Positions 9,664 to 21,037 are shown, counted from the first letter of the stretch. The stretch: DNA of 47,486 nucleotides from Cellvibrionales bacterium UBA1969 (GCA_002339085.1 DDDX01000057.1:1-47486), one strand, 5' to 3'. Numbers and translations are program-made. Notes: generated from the letters alone by a model not told the origin.

Positions 9664-10944
9664 CTATCGAAGTTTCCGCTGAAAATAATCAGGTAGCGAC
9701 GTAGAACCTAATAAAAAACGACGGACTAAATCTAATGCCAAGGCGCTTATCATTGTTTGAAAAAACTGCCTTCCAACAGGATAATTAAAACGCTTAGCCT
9801 GCAAATTATTTCTACTTCCCCATGCGATCCAAACTGTTCCGACTGGCTTTTCTGCAGTTCCACCATTGGGTCCGGCTATACCCGATACAGAGATAACACA
9901 ATCTGCTGATGCTGAATCAAGGGCACCCAAAGCCATAGCTCGCACAACGTCCTCACTGACAGAACCATACTGCTGAATCAAGTCACTATCAACGCCTAAA
10001 AGTTGCTGCTTAATCGTATTAGAATAAGTCACAAAACCCGCTTCAAATACTGATGAAACACCGCTAATGCCGGTGATCTGAGAGGCAATCATACCGCCAG
10101 TGCAGGATTCAGCAACCGTTATTTGCTGCTGGCGCTGTTGAAGTAAGTCAACCACCACAGACGCTAAGCTATCATCATTCTCGCCAACAATAAATTCACC
10201 AATGATACTCTGCAACTGGGCTTCACAGTCGTCACGTAAATGTAAATGCTCGATACTATCTATTTCTAGCTTAAGCTCTAACAAAGGTGCACCTGCGCGA
10301 AAGCCAACCGTTACTTCTTTGGGCCAATCAGGACAATGATCTGCTAGCAATTGCTGCAATGAAGATTCACCCATACCAAATAGCTTTAAGCGTCTAACTA
10401 AACGAGCCTTAGCGAATGGAAACATGCGTTTAAGCGCCTCCGTGATGGAACCATCAAGCATCGCCGTCAACTCAGAGGGAACACCCGGCGTACAGAGCAA
10501 TAAAGACTCGTTAAAAAAAAGCTGTATACCCACCGCACTGCCAACCGGATTGGCTAACACAGCGGAATCAGCTGGCAACATAGTTTGCTTTAAGTTTGCA
10601 GCGTTAGCATCAACGCCTCGCGCCTCACACCAGCTCTTGACATGAACTAAAGCCTCTGCATTTTCAGCTAGTGCTTGGCCACTTAAAATAGATAGCGCCT
10701 CAGCGGTCAAATCGTCAACGGTTGGGCCTAAACCACCGTTGACGATCACAATCTCGTATCGATCAGTAAGATTTTGCAACTCCCGAACAATTAAGCCAAG
10801 GTCATCGCCCACGGTGACTTTATGGGCCACATCAAAACCTTGCAAAGCCAATGACTGGGCTATCCTCGAAGAATTTGAATCAACGGTATCACCCGTCATC
10901 AATTCATTACCTGTTAACAATAACGCAACTTTCAAAAAATACAC
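9664..10944 (-). CDS. cinA: CinA family protein (MoCF-like domain + NMN deamidase PncC domain)
   Basis: TGNELMTGDTVDSN, GGLGPTVDDLT, AESCTGG, SGIAGPNGGTAEKPVGTV. Confidence 0.92.
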   Translation of the reverse strand: MYFLKVALLLTGNELMTGDTVDSNSSRIAQSLALQGFDVAHKVTVGDDLGLIVRELQNLTDRYEIVIVNGGLGPTVDDLTAEALSILSGQALAENAEALVHVKSWCEARGVDANAANLKQTMLPADSAVLANPVGSAVGIQLFFNESLLLCTPGVPSELTAMLDGSITEALKRMFPFAKARLVRRLKLFGMGESSLQQLLADHCPDWPKEVTVGFRAGAPLLELKLEIDSIEHLHLRDDCEAQLQSIIGEFIVGENDDSLASVVVDLLQQRQQQITVAESCTGGMIASQITGISGVSSVFEAGFVTYSNTIKQQLLGVDSDLIQQYGSVSEDVVRAMALGALDSASADCVISVSGIAGPNGGTAEKPVGTVWIAWGSRNNLQAKRFNYPVGRQFFQTMISALALDLVRRFLLGSTSLPDYFQRKLR

Positions 10945-10961
10945 CTCGTAATAATAAAAAA

Positions 10962-11624
10962 TTAACCACTTTGCTTCGCCATTAAGCCTCCGACAATAAA
11001 ATCAATTAAATTTTCGGTCCGCCATTTAAGTGATTCTGCATCAAGCTCGATCGCATTAATACGTCTAGCCTCATCCCACTCAGCAATAGCTGTCATTGTT
11101 TGGCGACCCATTAATTGCAAGCGAAGATGAATAACGGGAAGCGGTAACGGCTTGAGTGACTTAATCATCAAGCTGGTGATTTCAAACATAGCGCGATTTC
11201 TATCTCGATTCTTTTGAAATAATTCGCGACCGGGCTGATAAGCATATAACTGAGCCAGAGTAGAAACATAAATACTGTCTTCAGCAGGCTTCAATAACTC
11301 TTCAGCAAAAGGTCGAACAAAGACTTCGGTTAGCTTTCTCACCGTTACTACTTCACCGCGATGCTGAAGAAGGTCAAGGCGCCGAAGCCGCTCTTGATTA
11401 ATGGGTGTAATTCGGTAATTAAGGATCGCTTCAATTAGCCCGTCTCGGCTTCCAAAATGGTACTGTAATGCCGAGTGATTTTTATGGCCCGCTTCTTTCG
11501 CTATCATTCGCGTTGAAACTGCTTCTAAACCCTGAGCAGCAAAAAGTCGCTCTGCAGCCGTCAGCAGTGCCATGGCGCCACTTTCAACATTATCGGAATT
11601 TAAGTCGAGTATTTTTCTTGTCAC
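10962..11624 (-). CDS. TetR/AcrR family transcriptional regulator
   Basis: N-terminal HTH AAERLFAAQGLEAVSTRMIAKEAGHKNHSALQYHFGSRDGL. Confidence 0.9.
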   Translation of the reverse strand: MTRKILDLNSDNVESGAMALLTAAERLFAAQGLEAVSTRMIAKEAGHKNHSALQYHFGSRDGLIEAILNYRITPINQERLRRLDLLQHRGEVVTVRKLTEVFVRPFAEELLKPAEDSIYVSTLAQLYAYQPGRELFQKNRDRNRAMFEITSLMIKSLKPLPLPVIHLRLQLMGRQTMTAIAEWDEARRINAIELDAESLKWRTENLIDFIVGGLMAKQSG

Positions 11625-11670
11625 TCATCCACCTTTTAACGGTATCAACCTATTTTTGCCCCAAACAAGC

Positions 11671-12447
11671 CTAAGCTTCAGTGTCAAACTGAGCAAAATT
11701 GGGCGAGCGCTTCTCAATAAAAGCAGCCATCGCTTCTTTTGATTCAGCTGAACGCAAGGCCTCACCAAACTGCTCCATTTCATATGCAATTCGTTCAGTC
11801 AGCGTTTCTTCGTTGCGACGCATCAGCCGTTTAGCCTGACGAATAGTCTTTTTGGGGAGTTTAGCAATTCGCCTCGCCTCTTCGGCGACCACCTCTGTTA
11901 ATTGATCTACAGCACAGAGATGACCGATCAAACCGCAATCCTTTGCTTCTTCGGCAGTAATTCTTTCAGCGAAAATTAGTAAGCGAGCAGCCATTTGATA
12001 ACCTAAATACTTGGGCATTAATAGAGATGAGCCCGCTTCTGGGACGACACCAAGACTCACAAAAGGAGTTGAGAAGAAAGCGCTATCAACGGCATAGACC
12101 TTATCGCAATGCAACAAAATAGTCGTCCCTATGCCAATAGCGGGACCATTCACAGCTGCTACTATAGGTATGTCAGTATTGGCTAAACGCAGTAATAATT
12201 TCACCACAGGAGACGTCTCACCTTCAGGCGGCTGAGTCATAAAATCAGCAATATCATTGCCTGCACTAAAAAAATCACCCGCCCCTGTCAACACAACAAC
12301 CTTTATTTGAGCCTCATGTTCAGCTCGAGAAATGGCTTCATTGATTTGATCATAGATACCGTTAGTCATAGCGTTCTTTTTTTCTGGTCGGTTAAATGTC
12401 ACTGTTAACACGCCTTGATCAAGATTAATTAACACAGGATCTGTCAT
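11671..12447 (-). CDS. Enoyl-CoA hydratase/isomerase (crotonase family)
   Basis: NRPEKKNAM, FSAGND, VNGPAIGIG, LGVVPEAGSS; start at ATG 12447 with AAGGTG RBS. Confidence 0.9.
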   Translation of the reverse strand: MTDPVLINLDQGVLTVTFNRPEKKNAMTNGIYDQINEAISRAEHEAQIKVVVLTGAGDFFSAGNDIADFMTQPPEGETSPVVKLLLRLANTDIPIVAAVNGPAIGIGTTILLHCDKVYAVDSAFFSTPFVSLGVVPEAGSSLLMPKYLGYQMAARLLIFAERITAEEAKDCGLIGHLCAVDQLTEVVAEEARRIAKLPKKTIRQAKRLMRRNEETLTERIAYEMEQFGEALRSAESKEAMAAFIEKRSPNFAQFDTEA

Positions 12448-12590
12448 CGAGAAAGCACCTTTAGCATTGATAAAAGTAGATTCTTTAATATAATCGATTC
12501 CTAACAAGGAAAATACTTTTTTTGGTTTTTATTGCGTAATATATTGCTAGTGAACACAAATGTTCCCATTCAGGGTCTACAATACAAACT

Positions 12591-12640
12591 AGCTAAACTG
12601 AGCCAAATTGAGCTAAACTGACTCAAAATAATCTAAAATG
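12591..12640. repeat. Degenerate 10-bp tandem repeat (AGCTAAACTG-like x5)
   Basis: AGCTAAACTG AGCCAAATTG AGCTAAACTG ACTCAAAATA ATCTAAAATG in a divergent intergenic region. Confidence 0.6.
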
Positions 12641-12699
12641 ATCATTAATAAAAGTTATGCTCAGTAATTTAGAATCGAATACAGTCACAAAGTTAAACT

Positions 12700-13032
12700 A
12701 TGAGCCTAAGCATCTACCATATTATTTTTTTATCGCTAGGATTACTGCTGGGTCGGTACTTTTTCTCTGAACTAAAAGTTCGAGAACTCACCTTGCAAGC
12801 GGTAAGAAAGCACTGCCAACTGATGCAAGTACAACTGCTAGACCAAAGTGTTGGTCTATACCGAGTTTGGTTTAAACGTGGTGCAGATAAACGCTTACAC
12901 TGGTGGAGGAACTATCAGTTTGAATTTACATCAACCGGAGAGGAACGCTACCAAGGCTATATTATAGTGCTCGGTAATCGTGTCGAGAGCATCGATCTTG
13001 GCGTTCATAAATTCCCCGATCAAGAGAACTAA
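12700..13032 (+). CDS. DUF3301 family protein
   Basis: N-terminal TM, HCQLMQVQLLDQSV, YQFEFTSTGEERYQG. Confidence 0.8.
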   Translation: MSLSIYHIIFLSLGLLLGRYFFSELKVRELTLQAVRKHCQLMQVQLLDQSVGLYRVWFKRGADKRLHWWRNYQFEFTSTGEERYQGYIIVLGNRVESIDLGVHKFPDQEN

Positions 13033-13036
13033 GAAA

Positions 13037-13873
13037 GTGACTAAATCTCACCCAGTCGAGCCATTAAAACAAATGATATTGGATTTTTCTGACTCTACCC
13101 TAAAGCCGATCAATCCTAGCACTGTAACTGAACCCACAGCCCCTGAACCCACAACTACTGGGATTCACTACCAGCTTATACGAAGCAAAAGAAAAACTCT
13201 GTCGATCAGCGTAAAGCGAGCGACTGTAGAAGTGAGAGCGCCTTTAAAAGCGCCTCTTAAGTGGATTAAAACCTTTATTCATAGCAAGGCAGATTGGATT
13301 CATCATCAAGTCAATATTCAGAAACTGCAACTAAGCGACATTTATCGCATTTGCGATCAATCCATTATACCCGTGTTAGGAAAGCCGCTACTCCTGACTA
13401 TCAACCCAAACAGCAATTGCAAGCGATCATCCATTACCCTCAATGATGATGTTATTGACATTCAGTTTAATACCTCTATGTCATTGAGCAGTGATGAAAT
13501 CGAGGAAAAGAGCACAGTCATTTTCTTAGCGTGGCTAAAAAAACAAGCTCAACACTACATGTCAAAAAGGACCAACAGCTTAGCCAATCAATTAGGCTTA
13601 AAAGACAAACTAAATAAAATCAGTTATCGTCGCACTAAAAGTAAATGGGGGCATTGCACCAGCGAAGGAAATATACAATATAATCCGCTCATTATCATAG
13701 CGCCCTTATTCGTCGTCGACTATATTATCGCCCACGAAGTCTGCCATTTAGCCCATGCCAATCATTCAAAGCGATTTTGGGCAACCGTTGAAAAAACTTT
13801 TCCGCAAAGAAAGCATGCGGAGCAATGGCTCAACCAGCATGGGCATCGCTTAGCAATTGAAATTAACAGGTAA
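13037..13873 (+). CDS. YgjP/DUF45-like zinc metallo-hydrolase
   Basis: RSKRKTLSI, KWGHC, DYIIAHEVCHLAHANHSKRFW (HExxH). Start uncertain (GTG 13037). Confidence 0.85.
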   Translation: MTKSHPVEPLKQMILDFSDSTLKPINPSTVTEPTAPEPTTTGIHYQLIRSKRKTLSISVKRATVEVRAPLKAPLKWIKTFIHSKADWIHHQVNIQKLQLSDIYRICDQSIIPVLGKPLLLTINPNSNCKRSSITLNDDVIDIQFNTSMSLSSDEIEEKSTVIFLAWLKKQAQHYMSKRTNSLANQLGLKDKLNKISYRRTKSKWGHCTSEGNIQYNPLIIIAPLFVVDYIIAHEVCHLAHANHSKRFWATVEKTFPQRKHAEQWLNQHGHRLAIEINR

Positions 13874-13879
13874 GAACAC

Positions 13880-15304
13880 CTACTGCATTAAAAGCTGACG
13901 CTTATCTTCTAGGTATTGCCTTAACTGATCGAGCAATGCTAATTGCTCTGAATTAGAACCCTTCAAATTCTGAATATTTTCTAACTCGCTTTCTAATCGG
14001 CTGTCCTCACCAGAAAAACATTTGTCGCGACAAAATTCAAACCACTCCTGCTGCTCATCTGACGATAGGCTGTCAGGAAAATTACGCGCACGGTATCGAA
14101 GCAGCATCTCGACTAAACGAGCATCTTGAAAGGGAAAAACTTTCTCGGACAGTGCCTGGGCATCAGCTGATACAACCGATGCCATTAGCCGCTTATCGTT
14201 ATTAGGAATAAAGCCGTCATACAATAAGGCCTCTGCATCTTTACCACTATTATCAAAGCCTGTTACAGCGATGACTTGTTGTAATTTATCAGCCAAATGA
14301 GTGCTGGCCAAGTAGCGTTGTCGGTGCTGCTCACACACGTCAAGATCTATATTAAGCCTGCTTGCAACGGCTGGGGTCAGCAGTTTAGCGGTTAACACGA
14401 CAGGACATTTATTAATATGAATCGATTTTATTGGAATGCGCTCAATACCTTCAGGCAAATCTTCTGAGCGAGTAAACAATAACGAGGACAGTTTTTCAAC
14501 CGGTAAACCCAACACAGGGTCTGGCTTGTGACGAAGATCCAGACAGATAATTTCATTTTTATTTTTTAGGCTTTGCGCCACCGGCAACACTAATGAAGCG
14601 GCCTTAGTTTCGGGACCAAAACGCGAGGAGATATGCAAGATTGGCTTAGTTGAACCCAAGGCAAGCAGACTTGAAACCTTAGGCTTCTTCCTTAACTCGA
14701 AAATATGTTGATACAGCTCTGGCTGTTTTTGCTTGATCAGCTTGGCGACCGCTATCGTTGCATAGACATCAGACAAAGCGTCATGGGCAGACTGATGCTC
14801 AAGGCCATTCGCAACCGTTAAGTCTTCAAGACGAAATGAGACCGCGCCATCGTCGCGGCGTGGCCATTGAATACCATCAGGCCGCAAGGCATAACACAAG
14901 CGCACCATATCAATAATATCCCATCGAGAATTATTGTGTTCCCATTCGCGCGCATAGGGATCATAAAAATTTCGGTATAAACCGTAACGCGTCACTTCAT
15001 CATCAAAACGGACACTGTTATAGCCAACCCCACAGGTATTAGGCTGTGCCAGTTCATGATGAATAGCCGCGAAAAACTCACGCTCGCTAACCCCTTGCTG
15101 CTCAACCTGTTGAGGTGTCATGCCAGTCACCATGCAGGCTTTAGCATGAGGAATAATATCTAAACTGGGTCGACAGAGAATATTTAGAGGTGAGTCGATA
15201 ATATTAAAATCCATATCGGTTCGTACACCAGCGAATTGTGATGGTCTATCGTTTGCGGGGTTCACCCCCCAGGTTTCATAGTCATGCCAGTAGAGCGTAT
15301 CCAT
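13880..15304 (-). CDS. sbcB: Exodeoxyribonuclease I
   Basis: WHDYETWG, DRPSQFAG, GYNSVRFDDEVTRY, AHDALSDV, YRARNFP. Confidence 0.96.
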   Translation of the reverse strand: MDTLYWHDYETWGVNPANDRPSQFAGVRTDMDFNIIDSPLNILCRPSLDIIPHAKACMVTGMTPQQVEQQGVSEREFFAAIHHELAQPNTCGVGYNSVRFDDEVTRYGLYRNFYDPYAREWEHNNSRWDIIDMVRLCYALRPDGIQWPRRDDGAVSFRLEDLTVANGLEHQSAHDALSDVYATIAVAKLIKQKQPELYQHIFELRKKPKVSSLLALGSTKPILHISSRFGPETKAASLVLPVAQSLKNKNEIICLDLRHKPDPVLGLPVEKLSSLLFTRSEDLPEGIERIPIKSIHINKCPVVLTAKLLTPAVASRLNIDLDVCEQHRQRYLASTHLADKLQQVIAVTGFDNSGKDAEALLYDGFIPNNDKRLMASVVSADAQALSEKVFPFQDARLVEMLLRYRARNFPDSLSSDEQQEWFEFCRDKCFSGEDSRLESELENIQNLKGSNSEQLALLDQLRQYLEDKRQLLMQ

Positions 15305-15331
15305 TAATCACCCAAAGCTATAGAGGGTCAA

Positions 15332-17167
15332 TTATTCTTCAGAAAACTGATGTTGAGCAAGCTTTGCATACAGCGGCGAACTTTTCAATAGACTGGCATG
15401 ATCACCTTGTGCAACTAAACGCCCCTGATCCATCACGGCAATACTGTCCGCATGTAAAATGGTTGATAATCGATGGGCGATAATCACCGTAGTACGACCT
15501 TGCATTAAAGCGGTTAACGCTTGCTGAACATGGTATTCGCTTTCTGTATCAAGCGCGCTGGTAGCTTCATCTAGCATCAATATGCGAGGATTTTTTAGCA
15601 CTGCTCGCGCTATCGCGATGCGTTGCTTTTGTCCACCTGAGAGACGAACCCCTTGCTCACCTAAAAAACTCTGATAACCCTGGGGTAAACGGGTAATAAA
15701 CTCATGCGCATATGCGGCTTTTGCCGCAGCTATAAGCTCGTCGTCACTCGCTTCTGGCTTGCCATAGCGAATATTACTGGCCACATCATTAGTAAACAAA
15801 ACAGGTTGCTGAGACACCACGGCCATCTGTTGCCGCAGAACTTGAGGATCTAATCGGCTAATATTGGCACCATCCAACAGCACCTCCCCATCCTGAGGAT
15901 CGTAAAACCGCTGAAGCAATTCAAAAACTGTTGATTTACCCGCGCCAGAGGGACCCACTAAAGCAATCACTTTACCTTCAGATAATTGTAATGAAAAATC
16001 AACTAAAGCCGGCTGTTTGGGCCTTGAGGGGTAATAGAAGTTTACTTTGTTAAACGCCAACTCAGCTTTCAATGGGCCTGCAATATTATGATCACCCTGC
16101 TGTTCGATCAGACTATCAACCGCCAAAATCTCAATTAAGCGTTCAGTAGCGCCCGCTGCCCGCAACAAATCAGAAAAAACCTCTGAAATGGTTGCCACCC
16201 CCATCGCCACTAACATGGCATAAAATATAAAAGCCGCTAACTCACCGGCAGTCATCAATCCGTCAATGACGTCTCGGCCACCAAACCAGAGCATCACTGC
16301 CAACGCTAAAAAAACCATCATAATGACGGATGCGATTAAAAATGCACGATGCTTAATGCGTCTCCTAGCGAACATAAATGCGCGTTCTACCTGTCCCGAA
16401 AACGCCACTGTTTCTTGCTGCTCTTGGGTATAGCTTTGAACGGTTTTTATATTTTGAATAATCTCACCAGCATAACTACCTACATCAGCAATTGAATCTT
16501 GACTGTCGCGCGATAATTTCTTCACCCGCTTACCAAATAAACTCATGGGCAAAATAACTAGGGGAACGACCCATATCACTTTAAAAACTAATAAGGCATT
16601 AGTCACAAACAACATAACCAAGCCGCCCAACGTCGTTAGCGCACTTCTTAATGCCATCGAGACTGAGCTACCAATAATGGTCTGCAATAAAGTCGTGTCA
16701 GTGGTTAATCGCGAAGTAATTTCACCGCTACGATTGGTTTCGAAGTAACTAGGATGGAGACGGGTTAAATGATTGAATACTTCGGTACGAATATCAGCAC
16801 TGACCCGCTCACCCAGCCATGACACTAAATAAAAACGGGTAAACGTGCCCACCGCCATCACTATCGCTAACACGACTAAAATGACTAATGACTGATTAAG
16901 AAGTTCAAGCGAATTTTCACCAAAGCCTGCGTCAATCACAAACTTAAGGCCCTGCCCCATCAATAGGCTTATTCCAGATGTCACGATTAAGGCAAGCAAA
17001 GCACCCAAGCAATAGATTTTATAGGGTGTTAAATAAGCAATTAGATAGCGCAGTGAAGAAAGCTTCTGGCTGGCTTTACGTTGCTCAAATGAACTATCAG
17101 CCTCAGCCTGATTCACTGTCGCACTCATTGAGACAGCGACACTATTGGAGCTGTTATTATCTGGCAT
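15332..17167 (-). CDS. MsbA-like ABC exporter, fused permease/ATPase
   Basis: N-terminal TM domain, Walker A GPSGAGKS, signature LSGGQKQR, Walker B MLDEATSALD. Confidence 0.93.
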   Translation of the reverse strand: MPDNNSSNSVAVSMSATVNQAEADSSFEQRKASQKLSSLRYLIAYLTPYKIYCLGALLALIVTSGISLLMGQGLKFVIDAGFGENSLELLNQSLVILVVLAIVMAVGTFTRFYLVSWLGERVSADIRTEVFNHLTRLHPSYFETNRSGEITSRLTTDTTLLQTIIGSSVSMALRSALTTLGGLVMLFVTNALLVFKVIWVVPLVILPMSLFGKRVKKLSRDSQDSIADVGSYAGEIIQNIKTVQSYTQEQQETVAFSGQVERAFMFARRRIKHRAFLIASVIMMVFLALAVMLWFGGRDVIDGLMTAGELAAFIFYAMLVAMGVATISEVFSDLLRAAGATERLIEILAVDSLIEQQGDHNIAGPLKAELAFNKVNFYYPSRPKQPALVDFSLQLSEGKVIALVGPSGAGKSTVFELLQRFYDPQDGEVLLDGANISRLDPQVLRQQMAVVSQQPVLFTNDVASNIRYGKPEASDDELIAAAKAAYAHEFITRLPQGYQSFLGEQGVRLSGGQKQRIAIARAVLKNPRILMLDEATSALDTESEYHVQQALTALMQGRTTVIIAHRLSTILHADSIAVMDQGRLVAQGDHASLLKSSPLYAKLAQHQFSEE

Positions 17168-17173
17168 CGAGGT

Positions 17174-18028
17174 TTATCGCTGTAAAAAAGCTAATGTCAC
17201 ACTTTCAAATTCTTGTTTACGTTCTATCATCGCCCAATGACCGCAATTAGGAAAAATATGCAATTCAGCATTAGGAATAAGACGCATCGGCAGTAAAGCC
17301 ATATCGACGGGTGTGACACGATCATCACGACCCCAAGTGACCAATGTGGGGACTGTGATAGAACCTAAATGTGCGATTCTAGCGGTAGCGTCAGGCCCTC
17401 GAAAAGCTGCGGCCATAGCTTTTTGTGTTTCTCTCGAATACATCATGCGACTGGTGGCTAATGTTTTTGCCTCTAACGCTCTTTCCATGCGGGTATTAAT
17501 TAACTCTTCGGTTACCATAGACTGGTCAAACACCATCGACCGTAACCAGGCAATAATTTTTTCGCGAGTGGGGTCTTCAACAAAATTAGTTAGTAGATTT
17601 AGTCCCTCACAGGGAAAGGGAGAAAACAAATTCATCCCCAAACCACCTATAGTGACATAGCGATGAACGCGATCACTGTGTTGTGCCGCTAAATAACCGC
17701 CAACAATACCACCTAAGGAATTGCCAATAATATGCGCTTTATCAATACCCAAGCCATCGAGTAATCGAATACAGGCACTGACGCATTCCATTACCGGGTT
17801 TCCCTCTACTGGATCACTCCCACCATAGCCGGGCAAATCAATGATCAAACAACGAAAATGCTTAGCAAAAAAGGGTAAATTGCCTTCAAAGTTAGCCCAA
17901 CCACTGACACCCGGCCCAGAACCATGGATCATCAATAACGCAGGTCCCTTGCCCGCCTCGTGGTAATGAATACTGCCTTGCTCGGTCGCTAACAGTCGAC
18001 TGGTCGACTCAAAATCAAAATCTGACAT
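17174..18028 (-). CDS. Meta-cleavage product hydrolase (HsaD/BphD/MhpC-like alpha/beta hydrolase)
   Basis: HGSGPGVSGWANF, nucleophile GNSLGG, WGRDDRV, CGHWAMIE; directly downstream of the aldolase. Confidence 0.85.
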   Translation of the reverse strand: MSDFDFESTSRLLATEQGSIHYHEAGKGPALLMIHGSGPGVSGWANFEGNLPFFAKHFRCLIIDLPGYGGSDPVEGNPVMECVSACIRLLDGLGIDKAHIIGNSLGGIVGGYLAAQHSDRVHRYVTIGGLGMNLFSPFPCEGLNLLTNFVEDPTREKIIAWLRSMVFDQSMVTEELINTRMERALEAKTLATSRMMYSRETQKAMAAAFRGPDATARIAHLGSITVPTLVTWGRDDRVTPVDMALLPMRLIPNAELHIFPNCGHWAMIERKQEFESVTLAFLQR

Positions 18029-18055
18029 ACAACAACTCACTCACTATTTTTATGA

Positions 18056-19156
18056 TTAACCTTCAGAGGCAATACTGTGATCACGCTTATCAATTGAAGC
18101 CGCGTAGTCTTCGATACTCATATTTAAATCTTTGGCTTTTAGCATATCAAGCGCAACATCGACGATCATGTCCTCTTGACCACCCACCATTTTACGCCGG
18201 CCCAGCTCAACCAAAATATCTCGCGTTTCTAAGCCATAGGTCTCAGACGCTTTTTCAGCATGGCGCAGAAAACTGGAATACACCCCCGCATAGCCCAGTG
18301 ACAGGGTTTCTCGATCAACCCTAACCGGTCGATCTTGCAAAGGCCTAACTAGGTCATCCGCCGCATCCATTAGCGCATAAAGATCAGCTCCATGATTCCA
18401 ACCCATGCGTTCAATGGCAGCAATGAAGACTTCCAAAGGCGCATTACCCGCCCCCGCTCCCATGCCTGCAAGCGAGGCATCAACGCGATTAGCACCATTT
18501 TGAACAGCGACAATAGAATTCGCCACGCCCAAAGCTAAGTTATGATGCGCGTGAATACCGCGTTCAGTCTTGGGGTCTAAGGTATCGCCAAAGGCCTTAA
18601 ATCGATCAGCCACATCTTGCATGTTGAGCGCGCCGCCCGAATCGACAACATAGACGCATTCAGCACCGTAAGACTCCATTAACTTCGCTTGCTCGGCCAA
18701 GCCTTGCGGCGTTTGCATATGCGACATCATCAAAAAACCAATCGTGTCCATACCCAGCTCGCGAGCAAATTCAATATGCTGTTTAGACACATCGGCCTCG
18801 GTGCAATGGGTAGCAACTCTCACCGAGCGGACGCCCATATCCCAAGCCCATTGCAAATCTCCTTTAACCGCAATGCCGGGCAAAATCAAGGTGGTTAACT
18901 TGGCATGTGTCAATTCTTCAGCAACAGCGGCTATCCACTCTTTATCCGTATGCGCGCCAAAGCCATAATTAAAACTGGTGCCAGACAAACCATCGCCGTG
19001 AGCGACTTCAATGGCGTCGACTTTCGCATTATCAAGTGCCTTAGCAATCGCCTTGACGTGATCAATCGAATACATATGTCGGATAGCGTGCATGCCGTCA
19101 CGCAAACTGACATCTTGAATGTAGACTTTATCTTTGCTTGGATCAATACTCATCAT
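18056..19156 (-). CDS. dmpG: 4-hydroxy-2-oxovalerate/2-oxohexanoate aldolase
   Basis: [57 protein letters not shown]. Confidence 0.95.
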   Translation of the reverse strand: MMSIDPSKDKVYIQDVSLRDGMHAIRHMYSIDHVKAIAKALDNAKVDAIEVAHGDGLSGTSFNYGFGAHTDKEWIAAVAEELTHAKLTTLILPGIAVKGDLQWAWDMGVRSVRVATHCTEADVSKQHIEFARELGMDTIGFLMMSHMQTPQGLAEQAKLMESYGAECVYVVDSGGALNMQDVADRFKAFGDTLDPKTERGIHAHHNLALGVANSIVAVQNGANRVDASLAGMGAGAGNAPLEVFIAAIERMGWNHGADLYALMDAADDLVRPLQDRPVRVDRETLSLGYAGVYSSFLRHAEKASETYGLETRDILVELGRRKMVGGQEDMIVDVALDMLKAKDLNMSIEDYAASIDKRDHSIASEG

Positions 19157-19172
19157 TTATACCCTCTGCGTG

Positions 19173-20105
19173 TTATGCCGCAACCGCATATTTTAATTGC
19201 GCCAATCGCTCAGCAGTTCCTAGCGCCGCCGAAGTCATAATATCCAAGTTGCCGGCATACGACGGCAAATAATGGGCCGCACCTTCAACTTCTAAAAAGA
19301 TCGATGATTTAATCCCGACAAAATCACCATGACCAGGAATATGCAGCGGTGACGATTCATCAAAATGCTCAAACTGAACCTCTTGCTTTAAACTATAACC
19401 CGGCACATAGGTTTTAACACCTGTCACCATTTCATTAACTGAATCAATGATTTTTTGCTCATCAACCGGTGCCGACAAAGTAAAGACAGTGTTGCGCATA
19501 ATCATAGGCGGCTCAGCAGGATTTAAAATAATAATCGCCTTGCCTTTCTTAGCCCCACCAACCACTTCAATACCGCGAGAAGTGGTTTGGGTAAACTCAT
19601 CGATATTGGCACGAGTACCGGGGCCTGCAGAGCGCGATGAAACGGAAGATACAATTTCTGCGTAATGCACTTCAGCGACACGACTCACTGCCGCGACCAT
19701 TGGAATCGTCGCCTGCCCACCACAAGTCACCATATTGACATTAGGCTGATCTAAATGCTCTTCTAAATTAACCACAGGAATCGTATAAGGGCCAATTGCC
19801 GCTGGCGTCAGATCGACCACCTGCTTACCGTGCTGTTGAAGGATCTCATTGTGGTGCTTGTGGGCATAGGCAGAGGTGGCGTCAAAGCAAATACGTATGT
19901 CTGCAAAATTATCCATTTTAACCAGGCCTTCAATCCCTTCATGGGTGGTCGGTATCCCCATTCGTTGGGCGCGCGCGAGGCCATCAGAATCAGGATCAAT
20001 GCCCACCATCCCCGCCATTTCCAAATGGTCGGAGCTACGAATAATTTTAATCATGAGGTCGGTACCAATATTGCCCGAACCAATAATTGCGACTTTGACT
20101 GTCAT
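19173..20105 (-). CDS. dmpF: Acetaldehyde/propionaldehyde dehydrogenase (acylating)
   Basis: [45 protein letters not shown]; ATG 20105 with GAGGAG RBS. Confidence 0.95.
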   Translation of the reverse strand: MTVKVAIIGSGNIGTDLMIKIIRSSDHLEMAGMVGIDPDSDGLARAQRMGIPTTHEGIEGLVKMDNFADIRICFDATSAYAHKHHNEILQQHGKQVVDLTPAAIGPYTIPVVNLEEHLDQPNVNMVTCGGQATIPMVAAVSRVAEVHYAEIVSSVSSRSAGPGTRANIDEFTQTTSRGIEVVGGAKKGKAIIILNPAEPPMIMRNTVFTLSAPVDEQKIIDSVNEMVTGVKTYVPGYSLKQEVQFEHFDESSPLHIPGHGDFVGIKSSIFLEVEGAAHYLPSYAGNLDIMTSAALGTAERLAQLKYAVAA

Positions 20106-20266
20106 CGCGAGATCTCCTCGATTATTCTCTATAAAACAATTGAATTTTGTTGGTACCTTTAACACCCTGCTCAGATACCTGAAGACAGCTCAATCATACC
20201 ACGTGACACTGCCTCAAATGCGGCAATAAACACCGTTTGAAACAGCAGGCATGAACTTATTTGCTA

Positions 20267-21037
20267 TCAGCTCTTTTCACTGCGGCCCTTTTTAATTACC
20301 GCTTCTCGCCGACTCGCCACAAGGTGAGCCGCCGCATTTTTAGCTGACTCTATAGCAATTTTTTCTTCATAAATCATGGCTTCATTGAATGGCATACTAA
20401 AACCATCATCAATCAGCTTTTTATATTCACGCATAATATGCGGCACGCAAGCACACATTTCTTCTGCCATTGCAATGGCAGAAGGCAACAGCTGGTCAGC
20501 GGCAACCACATGATTAACCAATCCCCATTCATAGGCTTCTTGGGCGAATAACGGCCGACCCGTTAACGACAGCTCTTTCGCCCGAGACAAACCTATTAGG
20601 CGAGGCAATCTCTGACTCAAGCCCCAACCGGCCAAAATACCCACTCTTGCATGGGTGTCGGCAAAACGCGCCTGCTCCGAGGCAATAATCACGTCACAGG
20701 CAAGAGCCAATTCAAAACCACCAGTAATTGCATGGCCATTAATCGCCCCAATGATAGGCCCATCAAAGGCCTCCATGGCCCGCGCGATAATATTATCCGC
20801 TGTTTCTGCGGCCGTGCCCGACTGCGGAGCTGCCAGCTCTTTTAAATCAAATCCAGCAGAAAAAGCCTTACCTTTACCCGTGATAATCAGCACCCGTATT
20901 GCCTCATCGGTTTGGCAATCTTCAAGAACCTGCACAAAATCATCGCGCAACTCACGCGATAAAGCATTCATGCTTTCGGGCCGATTTAAACTGACCACAG
21001 CATAGCCATCATGCTTTTCAACGATTACTTTATTCAT
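20267..21037 (-). CDS. Enoyl-CoA hydratase (crotonase family)
   Basis: NRPESMNAL, FSAGFDL, AITGGFELALACD, FADTHARVG. Confidence 0.9.
   Translation of the reverse strand: MNKVIVEKHDGYAVVSLNRPESMNALSRELRDDFVQVLEDCQTDEAIRVLIITGKGKAFSAGFDLKELAAPQSGTAAETADNIIARAMEAFDGPIIGAINGHAITGGFELALACDVIIASEQARFADTHARVGILAGWGLSQRLPRLIGLSRAKELSLTGRPLFAQEAYEWGLVNHVVAADQLLPSAIAMAEEMCACVPHIMREYKKLIDDGFSMPFNEAMIYEEKIAIESAKNAAAHLVASRREAVIKKGRSEKS

Noticed and set aside
13128-13157. Direct repeat CTGAACCCACA x2
   Set aside because: In-frame low-complexity linker (TEPTAPEPTT).
18052-20229. Many overlapping antisense ORFs over dmpFG
   Set aside because: Typical antisense open frames of conserved genes, with no motifs or RBS support.
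20106-20266. Remnant of a dienoate hydratase (dmpE/hsaE) upstream of dmpF
   Set aside because: No recognisable residual similarity by eye; looks like a promoter region (extended -10 TGGTATGAT on -).
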